Positions 38,249 through 50,828 of a stretch of 64,000 nt of DNA are shown here, one piece after another. How positions within the stretch are numbered: the stretch's first letter is position 1; the number at the start of each line of letters is the position of its first letter. The notes under the pieces were generated by a model. The model did not search any database. It saw only the letters and a list, made by a program, of their open reading frames with translations, and was not told where the DNA came from. The translations under genes and the position numbers were made by a program. Origin of the DNA: Octopus vulgaris (Eukaryota); contig OX597816.1 in the NCBI GenBank assembly GCA_951406725.2, positions 15,872,001 through 15,936,000 of the forward strand. Direction: 5' to 3'.

Positions 38249-39906
38249 AACTCACCTGCAAATGGGTAACCCTGTATTGGACTGGTATTTCATTCAGAGG
38301 TAATGTGATCTTGGTCACATACCAATTTAACCAGGTAACAAGCCTAGGGGTTGATGACAATGATGAAGACTGTCAAAGGGCCTTGTCTTATGAATTACTT
38401 GGTGACCTTACTGAGACTGGTGACACGTAAAAAGCACCCGAACACTCTGTAAAATGGTTGGCATTAGGAAGGGTATCCAGCAATAGGAAACATGTCAAAG
38501 TAGACATTGGAGTTTAGTGCAGTCCTCTGGTTTGTGACCTAGATCAAAACTTTCCCTCAAAACTTCATGTTAATGTATTTCCAGACATCAGTTTAAGCAA
38601 TGCCCGAGTTATTTCATCAAATTCAATATTTTAAAAAATTAATTGAAACAAAAATAGTGTATTTCAATAGAAATATGGAAACAAAAGGGGCAACAAGTAA
38701 TTTGATGATTTACGTTGGTATTACTACTTGATCATCTGACTAGAAACAACCAATGCAACTAAGAATATACTTGTCAGTTGATTTGCTTTGATTACTAGCA
38801 AACATGTTTGTCAAGTTGCACTGAATCCTGGGACAGCATTCAATACATTTAACATAAGCTGCTTGTTCATCAATACACTATTTTTAGCACATTTAAATGT
38901 ATGATGAAAAGTCCCTATTCTCATTATCATGCTTTACATTATCATTAAGGTCATTATCATGACAAAAAATGGAAAAACTTATTTATATTTATAAGTTCTG
39001 AGTAGTTCAGTGATTCTAGACAATAAATGTGTACATGTATGTGTGTCTTATCTTTTATTTATTTCAGTCATTCGTCTGTGGCCATGCTGGGGCACCACTT
39101 TGAGAAATTTTAGTCAAATGAATCGACACCAGTACATATGTGTTTTTAAAGCCTGGTACTTTATTAGACTCTTTTGCTGATCTGCTAAGTTACAGGGATG
39201 TAAGCACATCAACATTGGTGGTCAAGTAGCAGTGGAGGACAAACATATGTAATGACACACACACACATATATATATACACAATGGGCTTCTTTCAGTTTC
39301 CATCTGACAAATCCACTCACAAGGCCTTGATCAGCCCAAGGTTACAGTAGAAGACACTTGCCCAAGGTGCCATGCAGTGGGACTGAACCCGGAACCATGT
39401 GGTTAAGAAGCAAACTTCTTACCACACAGCCGTACCAGCACATATACATGACATGGCTGTGTGGTTAAGAAGTTTGCTTTCCAACTACATGGCTTCAAGT
39501 TCAACCCCAGTATATGGCATTTTGGGCAAATGTCTTCTACGACCATGATCCCTGTAAATGGATTTGATAGAAAGAACTAAAGGAAACCCACTGAATATGT
39601 GCATGTGTGTGTTTGTGTGCATAATGGTGTGCATGAGTATGCATTGCCGAGATGGAAACTGAAAGAAGCATGTCATATCATTACCATGTGTATGCATGCG
39701 TATCACAATATCAACTAGACCATCAAATGCTAATGTACATCACTGGTCACAATACACTTCCAACTGTTTTGATTTGTGCCATTCTTTATTATCTTGACCC
39801 AAATTGCTCAACTAAATCGTCTTCCCATCATTGTGGAGGCCTTCCAAGTGGCCTTTTCTGATCCCTTGGATACATTTGGCAACTGTGCTGGTCTACCTCC
39901 TATTTG

Positions 39907-39949
<43 letters not shown>

Positions 39950-39955
<6 letters not shown>

Positions 39956-41120
39956 AATATGGAGAATGTGTACACAAAATAATCAATTCATGATGTCTAT
40001 GCGGGTTTCAGCTTTAATTAAATCCATATTGTACAATTAAATTGCACCATGAAGTTTAAAAGCAAAAGCCTTTGTCAGGGCAAGAGTTTATCAAAGTAGA
40101 AAGATTTTTTCCATACACACTTAACGGATGGAAAGTTCATTCTAATTGAATTGGATTCAATTTTTAAAAATAGCTAGGGGCTGATTTTGACCATTGGACA
40201 TGGGATAGGCATAGTTCAGAAGAACTAGGTCATGTTACTATCCTCTCTTTTTAGTACTGCAAAAAACAGCTTTTTTTACAAGCTGATTATTTATCATTAT
40301 CTCTAAAATACATTCCTCAATATAGATTTATATACTTCCTATTACCACTTTGTACTATCCATCATGTTCACAATATATTTAAAGGTTCTTATTGGTAAAA
40401 TATAAATCTAAGTATGTACTTATTTGTTATCATTTACTTATTTTTGTTAATTCTTATTGTAAGTTATATCCAAAAAAAAAGCTATTTAAAAATAAAAATA
40501 TATTTAGCTTTAATAATAAATATACTTTTGCTATTTTTAAATAGTTTTAGCTAAAGAATCCAACACCATGTATAAGCTACCTAAGAACTGTACCTCTACA
40601 TAATTAAATTGATGAATAATGTAGGAACCCAATGGAATTTCTTCTCTATTCATAAAGTTTTAAAAAATTATATTTATTGAATTTAAATAAAGACTGTATG
40701 AATAATACAATACCTAACTTCCTAAAGCTAAATATACTTTTTTTGTAATTAAATGAATTTAGATAAAAATAAACACTGTGTACATAGTAAATAATAATAC
40801 ATCTATTTCGTTAATTAGACAAGTATAAGTACAAACCAAAACTATCTAAAAAAATAATCTATATTAGTAATAACTAATATAATTTCTTACAATAAGAATA
40901 AGCAAAAATAATTCTTATTTACTATGTACAGTGTTTATTTTTATCTAAATCTATTTAATTACAAAGAAGGTATTTTTAAATGTAGGAACTTAGGTACTGC
41001 ATTATTCATACAGTGGTTATTTAGATTAAATTTATTTAAATTCAATATATATAAAATTGCACAATATAGATTTAAGAAATTAAAACCAGTACATGTCGGC
41101 AATATGAATTTATTATGATA
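39950..41120. mobile_element. Degraded Penelope-like element (PLE)
   Basis: Very AT-rich block next to (TA)n. Minus-strand hammerhead-like motif at 40084-39993. Plus-strand ..NKDCMNNTIPNFLKLN resembles the PLE ORF N-terminal C....IPKFL motif. 40678-40800 is an inverted copy of 40912-41045. Confidence 0.6.
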
Positions 41121-42040
41121 ATAAATACATTTACTCTGTGCTGGTGGAACGTAAAAGACACCATCCTAACGTGGCCGATGCCTGTATCCCCTGACTGGCT
41201 CCTGTGCCAGTGGCACATAAAAAGCATCCACTACACTCTTGAAGTGGTTGGCGTTAGGAAGGGCATTGAGCTATAGAAACATTTCCATATTAGATTGGAG
41301 CTTAGTGCAGCTGCTGGCTCTCCAGACTTCAGTAAAACTGTGCAACCCATGTCAGCATGGAAAACCAATGTTAAATGATGATGATGACATTGATTATTCT
41401 GTGTACTCATTCCCCATTTTCTTTGCATTGTTAAAATTTTTCTCCTATATCAAAAGGATGAAAACATTTATAGTGAAAACTGTGACTTCAAGAGTGTAAG
41501 GTACTAATTACTGGCAAAAAAAAAACAACGATAAGCACTAGTACATATGCGCATGTGGAATTCCCAGAATTGTTAATTGATATAGATACTTAACTGGTGT
41601 ACGCTTAGATAAATATCCCAAGGAAAGAACAACCTCCTTTCACACAGACTTATATATATTCTTTCTTTTTTATCTTTTACTTGTTTCAGTCATTTGACTG
41701 TGGCCATGCTGGAGCACTGCCTTTAGTCAAGCAAATCGACCCCAGGACTTATTCTTCATAATCTTAGTACTTATTCTATCGGTCCCTTTTTCTGAACAAC
41801 TAGGATGCGAGGACGTAAACATACCAACATCGGTTGTCAAGCAATAGTGGGGATACAGACATAGACACACAAACATATACACACACACGTACATACATAT
41901 ATGAGGGCTTCTTTTGGTTTCTATCTAACAAATCCACTCAAAAGGCTTTGGTCAGCCCAATGCTATAGTAGAAGCTACTTGCCCAAGGTGCCTTGCAGTG
42001 GGACTGAACCTAGAGCCATGCAGTTGGTAAGCAAGCTACT

Positions 42041-43310
42041 TTATTTCTTTTACATTGCCATAAAGGCATTACATAGAGGGGGACACTAGAACACATGTGG
42101 GGACATTTAACAATTAAAATAAAAATATGATGCTATGAATGACACATGAAAATGAACATGAAAAACATTAAAATCAAAATATTAAAATAATGATGCATGA
42201 ATGATTACTCAGAAATGAGTATATGAAAAGTGTGTTACTCACCCCACACTGAGTAACACCACTCACCACCTCTAAGCCCCGAGTCCTCTTTAGTCTTTAA
42301 TCTATTCTTTCATTAACCGTTTTCCCCGATCGCTGAGTGACAACACTCTCTCCTCCATGTACACGTAACCTTTTTCACCAGGGGAGGAGTCTTATAAATT
42401 TTGTGGTGTCTGTTCTTTTTTTTCCTGTGAGGAGAGTGGGTGGGTGGGTTTGGTGTCTGCATGGAAAGGGTGGGTCTGAGTGGTCTTGGGTAGGATGGAG
42501 TTGGTCTGGGGTCCCACATCACACTGACTGTTCTTTCTCTTTTTCCTTTTATTCTCTGTCACTGTCCATTCATCCTCCTTGTTCCTTCCATCTATCTGTA
42601 CTTCTTCCTTTTTCTCCTCCGTCTCCACCACCGTTTTATTCTGTTGTTTTCCTCTGTAGAGGGCAGTGCACTCTAATGTGGCCCTTTTGGCCACATTTAA
42701 AGCAGCGTGGGATTTTGTCCTCCAGCCTTACTCTTGGAACTATCTCGTCCAACGATACTGTCTCTGCTAATTTTTCCAATTGCTTTTCCTCGGCCTGAAT
42801 GATAAGTTCAAGCGACTTCCCTTTAACTCTTCCTTCTTCCGCTTCTGGAGGACAGCCACTTCCTCCTCACTTCCAATGAGGACAGCTGCCTCAACCCAAG
42901 CCACATCTATAACAGGCAGAATTCCTTCTACCCTCACCTTAGAAGTCTTTCTTCCAAGATACGTGGGTAGAAGGAACACTTCCTTCACCTTTACTGTTTT
43001 ACCCGCCAGCCTCCTTGCCTCCTCCTCTGTTCTAAACTGGACGACTATTGTCCCATATAAGCATCCTCTTGACATGTATATTACTCTATTGGATTCCTCC
43101 TTTACTGCCTTTTCTATTTTCTCTATTTCTATTTGGTTGACCTTCTTACTCTTTATCAAGTAAACTTTGTATATAACTGTTCTTTTAATACCATCCATGA
43201 TTCTTTGTTGGGGGTGACAATGTCACGTTGTCGCCCACTTTCTGCACCATTTTTCCGTGCTCCTTCATTCTTTTTTTTTTTTTACTGCTCACAAGGGGCT
43301 ACACACAGAC
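42041..43310 (-). mobile_element. ORF1-only non-LTR retroelement (Tx1/L1-like gag-type ORF1 with CCHC knuckle), frameshifted
   Basis: ORF1 pieces from ATG 43198 (VVQFRTEEEARRL, RRM-like), PRCFKCGQKGHIRVHCP (CX2CX4HX4C, ~42710-42661) and EWTVTENKRKKRK. They are followed by an AT-rich 3' UTR ending GTCCCCCTCTATG...TAAAGAAATAA, with no RT or EN sequence. Confidence 0.75.
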
Positions 43311-43458
43311 TGACATGACAAACATCTTGCCATGAGGGAATATTATTTTGCTTGAAAACAGGTAAGGGTTGGTGACAGAAAGAGCATCCAGCTGTAAAAA
43401 ATCTGCTTTAACAAGTTTCATCAAATCCATGAAAGCATGGAAAAGCACGGATTTCATG

Positions 43459-44436
43459 CGGTGGTTCCCAACCATTTTTTTGCCTATGGATTCCTTTGAG
43501 TCCTATTTTACTCAGGTGAATCGTCATAGTCATTCAGTTTATTATAATTATACTTGTGAAGGCATAGCTCAATGGTTAGAGCATTGGGGTTTACAATATT
43601 GAGGTTGTGAGTTCAATTCCAGGGCAAAGCTGTATGTTGTGTTCTCGAGCAGGACGCTTTATTTCACGTTGCTCCACTTCACTCAACTGTAGAAATGAGT
43701 TGCGACGTCAGGGGGTCAAGCTGTATCGGCCCCTTTGCCTTTCCTTGGATAACATTGGTAGCATGGAGAGGCAGACTGGTATGCATGGGTAAATGCTGGT
43801 CTTCCACAAACAACCTTGCCTGGACTGGTGCCTTGGAGGGAAGCTTTCTATATGCAATCCCATGGTCATTCATGACCAAAGGGGGTCTTATCCTAATTAT
43901 CCTGTCATAATTAAATATTACTAGCAGTATCGCCCGGCGTTGCTCGGGTTTGTTTCCACCCTTTAGAATTGGAATTTTTGAAAAGTAAAAATTTTGCCCA
44001 ATGTAGCTTGTTATTCTCTTTAAGTGAATATTTTTTCTGGTTGAAATACACCAAAAAATGGCGACATAGCAGTCAAAAAATCGTAAAAAATAGGGATTTT
44101 CATAGAAAAAAAAGCACCTTTTTGATATAAATAATGTTTGGTCTTAACATGGGCCGATTTTGGTCATAAGATGGGCCGATTTTGGTCATAACATGGGCCG
44201 ATTTTGGTCATAACATGGTCTCAATTTTGGTCAACTTGCGCCGCATGATCTCGGAGGAGATAGTGTTAGTTGAAGGCTACCAAACCTGCCATACACAGAC
44301 AACTTCAGCTTTATATATAGAGAGATAAGGAATTGTATAAAAACAATTGTTACAATATAACCAATTTATTGCGGATAAATCTTAACATCTTATATGGACC
44401 CTCAAGAGTCATGTGGACTCTGTTTGAGAACCACTG
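43459..44436. mobile_element. hAT/Charlie-like MITE carrying a nested tRNA-SINE (~43558-43890) and a Helitron
   Basis: Ends C(G)GTGGTTCCCAAC and GTTTGAGAACCACTG. The 8-bp TSD is only partly conserved (ATTTCATG/ATTTTAAA). Confidence 0.6.
43921..44325 (-). mobile_element. Non-autonomous Helitron copy with internal 22-bp triplication
   Basis: CTAG at 43921 and TC at 44325. ATGGGCCGATTTTGGTCATAA occurs three times at ~44150-44215 in place of part of the consensus. Confidence 0.9.
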
Positions 44437-44909
44437 ATTTTAAATAGTCCTTCTCCATTAAATCTGTCCGCTTATTGAACTTCCAGTCTTTTTACTGATT
44501 TCTATCAATATGGTTCTAATCGCAATAATGAACATGACCTTTGATGGCAGTTTACTGCCTTAAGATAAATAAACTACTTAAAGAAATTAAAATCTATTCA
44601 ATGTCAGTGACACTGAATTATAAATTAACAACCTTTGGGTCATAAAAGGTCAAATACGAGCTATTTAGTTCAAGAAGTAAAAGAACAAAGATGAAAGAGA
44701 GCAAAGAAAACGGATTTTGGAAAGATTTCAAATATTTTAAGTAAAAATAAAATGGCAAACTTTCTATTTCTTTATCACAAGTTCTGGAAATAATTTTAAA
44801 TATTTTTATTTAACCGCATTTTTAGTTTTACATTTTATGTTACTATGAGAACACAATTGTTATATGTTCTCACTAGAGGTGATTCTGGGTTTGTATATAT
44901 TGTTATACC

Positions 44910-45140
44910 TATTTCTTTACTACCCACAAGGGGATAAACACAGAGGGGACAAACAAGGACAGACAAACGGATCAAGTCGATTACATTGACCCCAGTCGGT
45001 AACTGGTACTTAATTTATCGACCCCGAAAGGATGAAAGGCAAATTCAACCTCGGCGGAATTTGAACTCAGAACGTAGCGGCAGACAAAATACCGCAAAGC
45101 ATTTCGCCCAGCGTGCTAATGTTTCTGCCAGCTCGTCGCC
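44910..45140 (-). mobile_element. SINE family A
   Basis: Full-length unit. The 3' flank begins GGTA on the element strand. Confidence 0.85.
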
Positions 45141-46917
45141 TTGTTTCTATAAATATTGTTATATCCATCAGCATAGCAGAAACCGAATGCTGAATTTTTA
45201 AATTGTTTTTGTAATGTTGGCATCCTTAAATTTAGGTTAAAACAGAAAAAGAATAGAAATTGATGTCATTACACACAAACACATGTACATATACATTACA
45301 TATCACATACACACATTAAAATTTTAGTCTATTTTGAGTTTTGAGTCTCCCCACCAGTAAATGTGTTACTTCTTAAAGCTGCTTTAAAATAACAACCTTA
45401 AATATACACAAATATGTTATCTGTTGTCCATATGTACAGTGGCGCCATTTAATTTAAGAACACTAGTATACTAACATTAAAATGGCATTTGGCAGAGTTA
45501 TGATGTAAGCATAATGAAATTTTCTACAAATATGCTTCAGATCATGTAGATTCCGATTAAATTGGAAATCATTGTGAAAAGCGTTTGTCCCCAAAGGAGT
45601 TTTACAAAATTTACAGAATTAGGTTTTGTTGTGTGTGTGTTTAGCGTGGCTGATATCCTTACTGTTTGAGAGACACATTAGGAATGATCTCGTCTGAGAT
45701 TACAACCATCTTTGGCTAATTTGACCCTGTAGTATCCACTGCTCTGATTGGTTGGCATTTGGTGCCGTTTGTCTTTCGACTTATTTCGCGCTAGTGTGTA
45801 AGCCAACCAATGTTCCAGTTTGAGTGACAGATGACCAGTCAGCCAGCCAGCCAGGCTACTGCTCCAGCCATGAAGACGCTTTTATACACCAGCGACAGAC
45901 AGGACGTTCTCCATCTCCGTCGACTTCAACATGTACACATCAACATTCACACAGGTTTAAATTCACGCTGTTTGTGAATATTTCACCGACATAAAACAGT
46001 TGCAGTCTACTTGAAGGAACTTTCTGTATCATGAGACTCGGCACAGCATGATAGCCACAACTTCTACGTGTAGTAACCACCCTCTGCCACGTGACCCCCA
46101 ACAACTTGCTATTGTGTACCTCACTTACGAACTGGTAAACAAATTCCATCTTAACTCAATATGCTGAGACATTCATCCTATGCTCTGTATTCTGTTGTAT
46201 ACGCATTCACTTTCTGTTGCACACACGAACACAGAAACACTCGTCGCATGCACACATACGCTCCATCTTGCTAACACTCCCATTACATTATCTTTGTACA
46301 CATCGTAAATAAAGTCTTCTCTCTCAAACAGTAAGAACGGTTTGTTGTCATCACTTATTCCTTTTGGCACTGTATTTTATATCATGTATTTCGCTTATTT
46401 TGTTAGGGGGCGACCGCGCGGCATTCAAAGGGAGACATTTGTCACCAACTCCTTACGTACGGTCGTATTCCCTACATATGTATATATACGTGGCTGTATA
46501 CGTATTGTTTTAATTATATCTTTATACACGCACATACACACATAAAAAAAACTGGCACACCGTCAGTTACGACGATCACAAGTATCCAAAATTTCTTCAC
46601 CACTCTTCCGACTTCATTTTTCCGATTAAAAACAAGTGGGGGAGGGGGCTTGGACGATGTCGTACGGCTGGGCTGTCTGCTAATATTGTTAATTGACATG
46701 CAGCATGCCACTGGCATTTCACATATAAAGTCCAGGATTATGTGGGAAAATGTGAAGACCGTCAATTGACGTCTTTCCATAAAAGTATAAAAAAATTATT
46801 TGGAAATGATAAAGAGAAACGAATGGTAGATTCGGACTGTCTGTATTTTAAAACCACAATTTAAAAAAATGGGTGAGGTGGGGATTTGATTTTTTCTTTC
46901 TTTTTTTTGCATAATAG

Positions 46918-47332
46918 GATCTTTGGCGATCTTTCGTCTCTAGTAGACCTTTCCGTCGATTTCCGTAAAAAAAATTTTTTTTTTTTTTTACATATGGGCT
47001 TGCGGGAACTTTTGAAGTAATATACACATACACCGAGTAAAAAATTTCAGTTATCTCTTTCTTTCACACACACTAACAGAAGCACTTCATTTACACAACA
47101 TACTGTCTGTCTCCCACACCCCATCAAACACACACACGCACACACACACATGTACATCAATTCTTTCCATGCACGGTAACTTCAAAAGAACTTCCCTCGT
47201 CATAAAATCGCTTTCTCTTAGTCTCTTTCGCTCTCATTACTTCAAACGTTCCCGCAAGCCCATATGTAAAAAAAAAAATTTTTTTACGGAAATCGACGGA
47301 AAGGTCTACGAGAGACGAAAGATCGCCGGATC
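46918..47332. mobile_element. MITE-like element with ~85-bp inverted termini
   Basis: GGCGATCTTTCGTCTC..GTAGACCTTTCCGTCGATTTCCGTAAAA...CATATGGGCTTGCGGGAAC and its reverse complement at 47248-47332. Confidence 0.75.
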
Positions 47333-47779
47333 TTTTCCTTTTGAAGGCCAGATTTCAACACAATTTCTAGTTAACTAAACACTTTAAAACTTCGTATACT
47401 GGTAGATTGTTATAAATTCCATTATGCAGAAGACAGAATAGAAAAAAAAATGTAAAATTTCATAACAATAAAAAAAATTCGAGGGGTTTTAGCATGTGCT
47501 TACGGCATTTTTTATATATTCAAGTTGTTAATTGTGAATTACGATTAATATCAAAATAAAGACAATTTCACGAGCTTTAATATGGTAAACAACTTTACAG
47601 CGTAACATCAACATAATAATTTAAAATTAAAAATAAACTTTATTTTGCGTAATTTACGTCGCCACTTAATTTAAGAACGATTTGCAAAATTCCTTTTTTT
47701 TTTTTTTTTTTTTGGCTTTATTAACTAATATAAATGTAGGGCAATTTGCATGCTGTTACAATTTTAAAGTTACTTAATA

Positions 47780-48885
47780 GATGTGAAGGATAAGAGACAA
47801 AACTTAGAGGCCAAAGCGAGAATCGTTCACCTTAGCAGGTTGAAATGGTCATATTTCAACGAAGCTGGTTGCTATCCATCTTTATAAAGAAACTAATAGT
47901 GACAAAGACCGCTCTCGGAACTGGGCAACAAAGAAATACAACGGCAAGAATGGGTAGATGCATTCATTGACTGTCCCTAAAAAAAAACGAAAAATGACCG
48001 CTGTTGACATTTAAAAAGAAATTCGGCAAAAATATGGACTTACCATTGTAGTGTCCATCATAAAAAAACTGTCTCAAAGAATTTGGACTTCTAGGTAGAA
48101 TCTCACGCAAAAAGCCATACATTTCTTTAAAAAATCGACGTGGTCGAATGTGTTGAGATCGGACGAGTCAAAGATCAACTTGTTCGGCAGGGATGGCAGG
48201 AAGTATGTAAGAAGGCGTAAAGACGAAGAATATCATCCAGAATGCATCTGAGCTACAATTAAGCATGGTGGTGGAAGTGTGATTGTGTGGGTGGGTGGGT
48301 ACATGTCTGGAAAAGGCGTAGGTCCTATAATCCGAATCAAGGGCATTATGGATAGTAAGTCCTATCTAGAAATATTGGATAAGGCGATGCTTCCATGCGG
48401 CCGAAAGCATTTGGGACGATCTTGGACTTTCCAGCATGACAACCATTTCTTTATTAGCCACAAGGGCTCAAAATAGAGGGGGACAAACAAGGACAGACAA
48501 CACAAAACATGGGGTACATAAATAATTATGAAATGGAATATTTACAATGAATGGAATGGAACGACTTACGAGACCCCCAAAGCACGCGGTTCCAGCATGT
48601 CAACGACCCGAAACACACTTCGTACTTACTCAGAGATTACATAAAAGAGTTCGCTTGATGCAGTGGCCGGCGCAGTCGCCCGACCTAAATCCCATTGAAA
48701 ACATTTGGAAAAGGTTGGGTAGAACTGTGCAAAGTAGTAAACCAAAGAATGAAGACGATTTTTTAAAAACATTATTAGCCAAAATTGGGGAAAAAATCTC
48801 AGGAACAGGGATAAATGATCTGAACAATTCTGTTTCGCAGAATCAAAGCTATATTAAGTAATTTTGGATACCCAACCAAATACTG
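47780..48885 (+). pseudogene. Tc1 DD34E transposase pseudogene
   Basis: GRISRKKPYIS, WSNVLRSDESK, TIKHGGGSVIVW, FQHDN-DPKHTS and WPAQSPDLNPIENIW, with stops, frameshifts and one insertion. Confidence 0.9.
48444..48589 (-). mobile_element. 5'-truncated retroelement 3' end with 15-bp TSD, inserted in the Tc1 transposase
   Basis: TTCCAGCATG(A/T)CAAC occurs at 48429-48443 and 48590-48604. The tail is TGTCTGTCCTTGTTTGTCCCCCTCT...CCCTTGTGGCTAATAAAGAAAT. Confidence 0.85.
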
Positions 48886-49813
48886 TTTGCCTGAGCTTGT
48901 TATTGTTTTTTTTTTTTGTTGATCTCAGAATAAACTTTTTAAAGCCCCCCCCCCCCCCAATGAAATTTTACAATTTGTTCTTAAATTAAATGGCGCTATA
49001 AATTACGACAATTAAAATTTATTTTTAATTCAAAATTAATATGCTAACGTTACACTGGAAAGTTGTATACCATATTAAAGCTCGTGGAATTTTCTTTATT
49101 TTGATATACATTTTCATTCACATTTCACAACTTGAATGTATAAGAAAAATGCCATTTTAACATTAGTTTACTATCGTTCTTAAATTAAATGGCGTCACTG
49201 TATATATATCTCTCTCTCTATATATATATGTATACATTATACACACGAGCCCATAAATATATATAAACACATTATGCATATTTGTCCATATACAGATACA
49301 TATAAATACACACATTATACACACGTGTGTCTCTATATCATTTGACTGATCTGACAACTGGATGATACACATCGTTGGTCATAAAGTGTTTTGCATCATT
49401 TTAGCTTTTGAATGATGTCACCTCACTGGTCAAGAAAGCAGGCCATCATTCCATCCCACTGCACCCAACTGAAATGTCAGTCCATTGCAGGGTGACGTGT
49501 TTAAAACTGAGAGAACTGGAGCAGCATAAAACGAACTGTTTAGTTCAGAACCTAATGTGCTACTTGGTCCAGAAATTGAACCTACGATTACTAGATCGTG
49601 AATGCAACACCCACGACACAAAGCTTCATGACTCACCATATGATTTGATGTGAAGCATTTAAAATTTTGTCAAAGAATACATTTCCTCAGTGATATGCAC
49701 GAGGATAATGATAGCAACAACAGTTTCAAATTTTGACACAAGGCTAGCAATTTTGGGGCACTGGGTAAGTCAAAAACATCGCCCCCAGTGCTTGACTGGT
49801 ATTTAATTTATTA

Positions 49814-50227
49814 AGGCGGCGAGCTGGCAGAAACGTTAGCACGTCGGGTGAAATGCTTAGCAGTATTTCGTCTGCCGTTACATTCTGCGTTCAAATTCCG
49901 CTGAGGTCAACTTTGCCTTTCATCCTTTCGGGGTCGATAAATTAAGTACCAGTTATGCACTGGGGATCAATGTAATCGACTTAATCCGTTTGTCTGTCCT
50001 TGTTTGTCCCCTCTGTGTTTAGCCCCTTGTGGGTAGTAAAGAAATAGGTATTTCATCTATTACGTTCTGAGTTCAAATTCCGCCGAGGTCGACTTGGCCT
50101 TTCATCCTTTCGGGGTCAATAAATTAAGTACCAGTTACGCACTGAGGTTGATATAGTCGACTTAATCCATTTGTCTGTCCTTGTTTGTCCTCTCTGTGTT
50201 TATCCCCTTGTGGGTAATAAAGAAATA
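49814..50227 (+). mobile_element. SINE family A dimer inserted in an older related SINE
   Basis: TSD GGTA(T/C)TTAATTTATT. Internal junction AAAGAAATA|GGTATTTC at ~50047. Confidence 0.88.
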
Positions 50228-50432
50228 GGTACTTAATTTATTGATCCTGAAAGGATGAAAGACAAAGTCAACCTCAGCAGAATTTGAACTCAGAACATTA
50301 AGAAAGCATACTAACACTTCTGCCAGCTTGCCTTATAATAACAGATTTCATGTACACAAGTTTATTATAATCTTTCGACTACATTTTTCAGAAAGTGATG
50401 GCTGACAGAATTTGTAGAAAAAATTTTTGCAG

Positions 50433-50828
50433 AGGCGCAGTTGTGGCTGTGTGGTAAGTAGCTTGCTTACCAACCACATGGTTAAGGGTTCAGTCCCCCT
50501 GTGTGGCACCTTGGGCAAGTGTCTCCTACTATAGCCTCGGGCCGACCAAAGCTTTGTGAGTGGATTTGGTAGATGGAAACTGAAAGAAGCCTGTCGTATA
50601 TATGTATATGTGTATATATATGTGTGTCTGTCTTTGTCCCCCCAATATCGCTTCACAACCGATGTTGGTGCGTTTACGTCCCCGTAATCTAGCGGTTTGG
50701 CAAAAGAGACCGATAGAATAAGTACTAGGCTTACAAAGAATAAGTCCTGGGGTCAATTTGCTTGACTAAAGGCGGTGCTCCAGCATGGCCTCAGTCAAAT
50801 GACTGGAACAAGTAAAAGAGTAAAAGAG
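50433..50828 (+). mobile_element. SINE family C, near full length
   Basis: GGCGCAG..GTGGCTGTGTGGTAAG head, GGTTCAGTCCC box B-like, tail ACAAGTAAAAGAGTAAAAGAG. Confidence 0.88.

Larger units (their letters stand above)
45437..49200 (+). mobile_element. Tc1-family DNA transposon with long IR-DR-type TIRs; left TIR interrupted
   Basis: TA-CAGTGGCGCCATTTAATTTAAGAAC at 45435 and GTTCTTAAATTAAATGGCGTCACTG-TA at 49200. Inner DR copies are at ~47660 and ~48980. Confidence 0.88.

Noticed and set aside
38027-38430. Regular ~20-bp repeats resembling a CRISPR array or a CxxC-rich ORF
   Set aside because: The units are contiguous with no unique spacers, there are no cas genes, and the context is eukaryotic. 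It is a simple minisatellite.
43558-43625. tRNA-like sequence with box A/B
   Set aside because: It continues into a SINE body and lacks a proper cloverleaf acceptor stem. It is a SINE head, not a tRNA gene.
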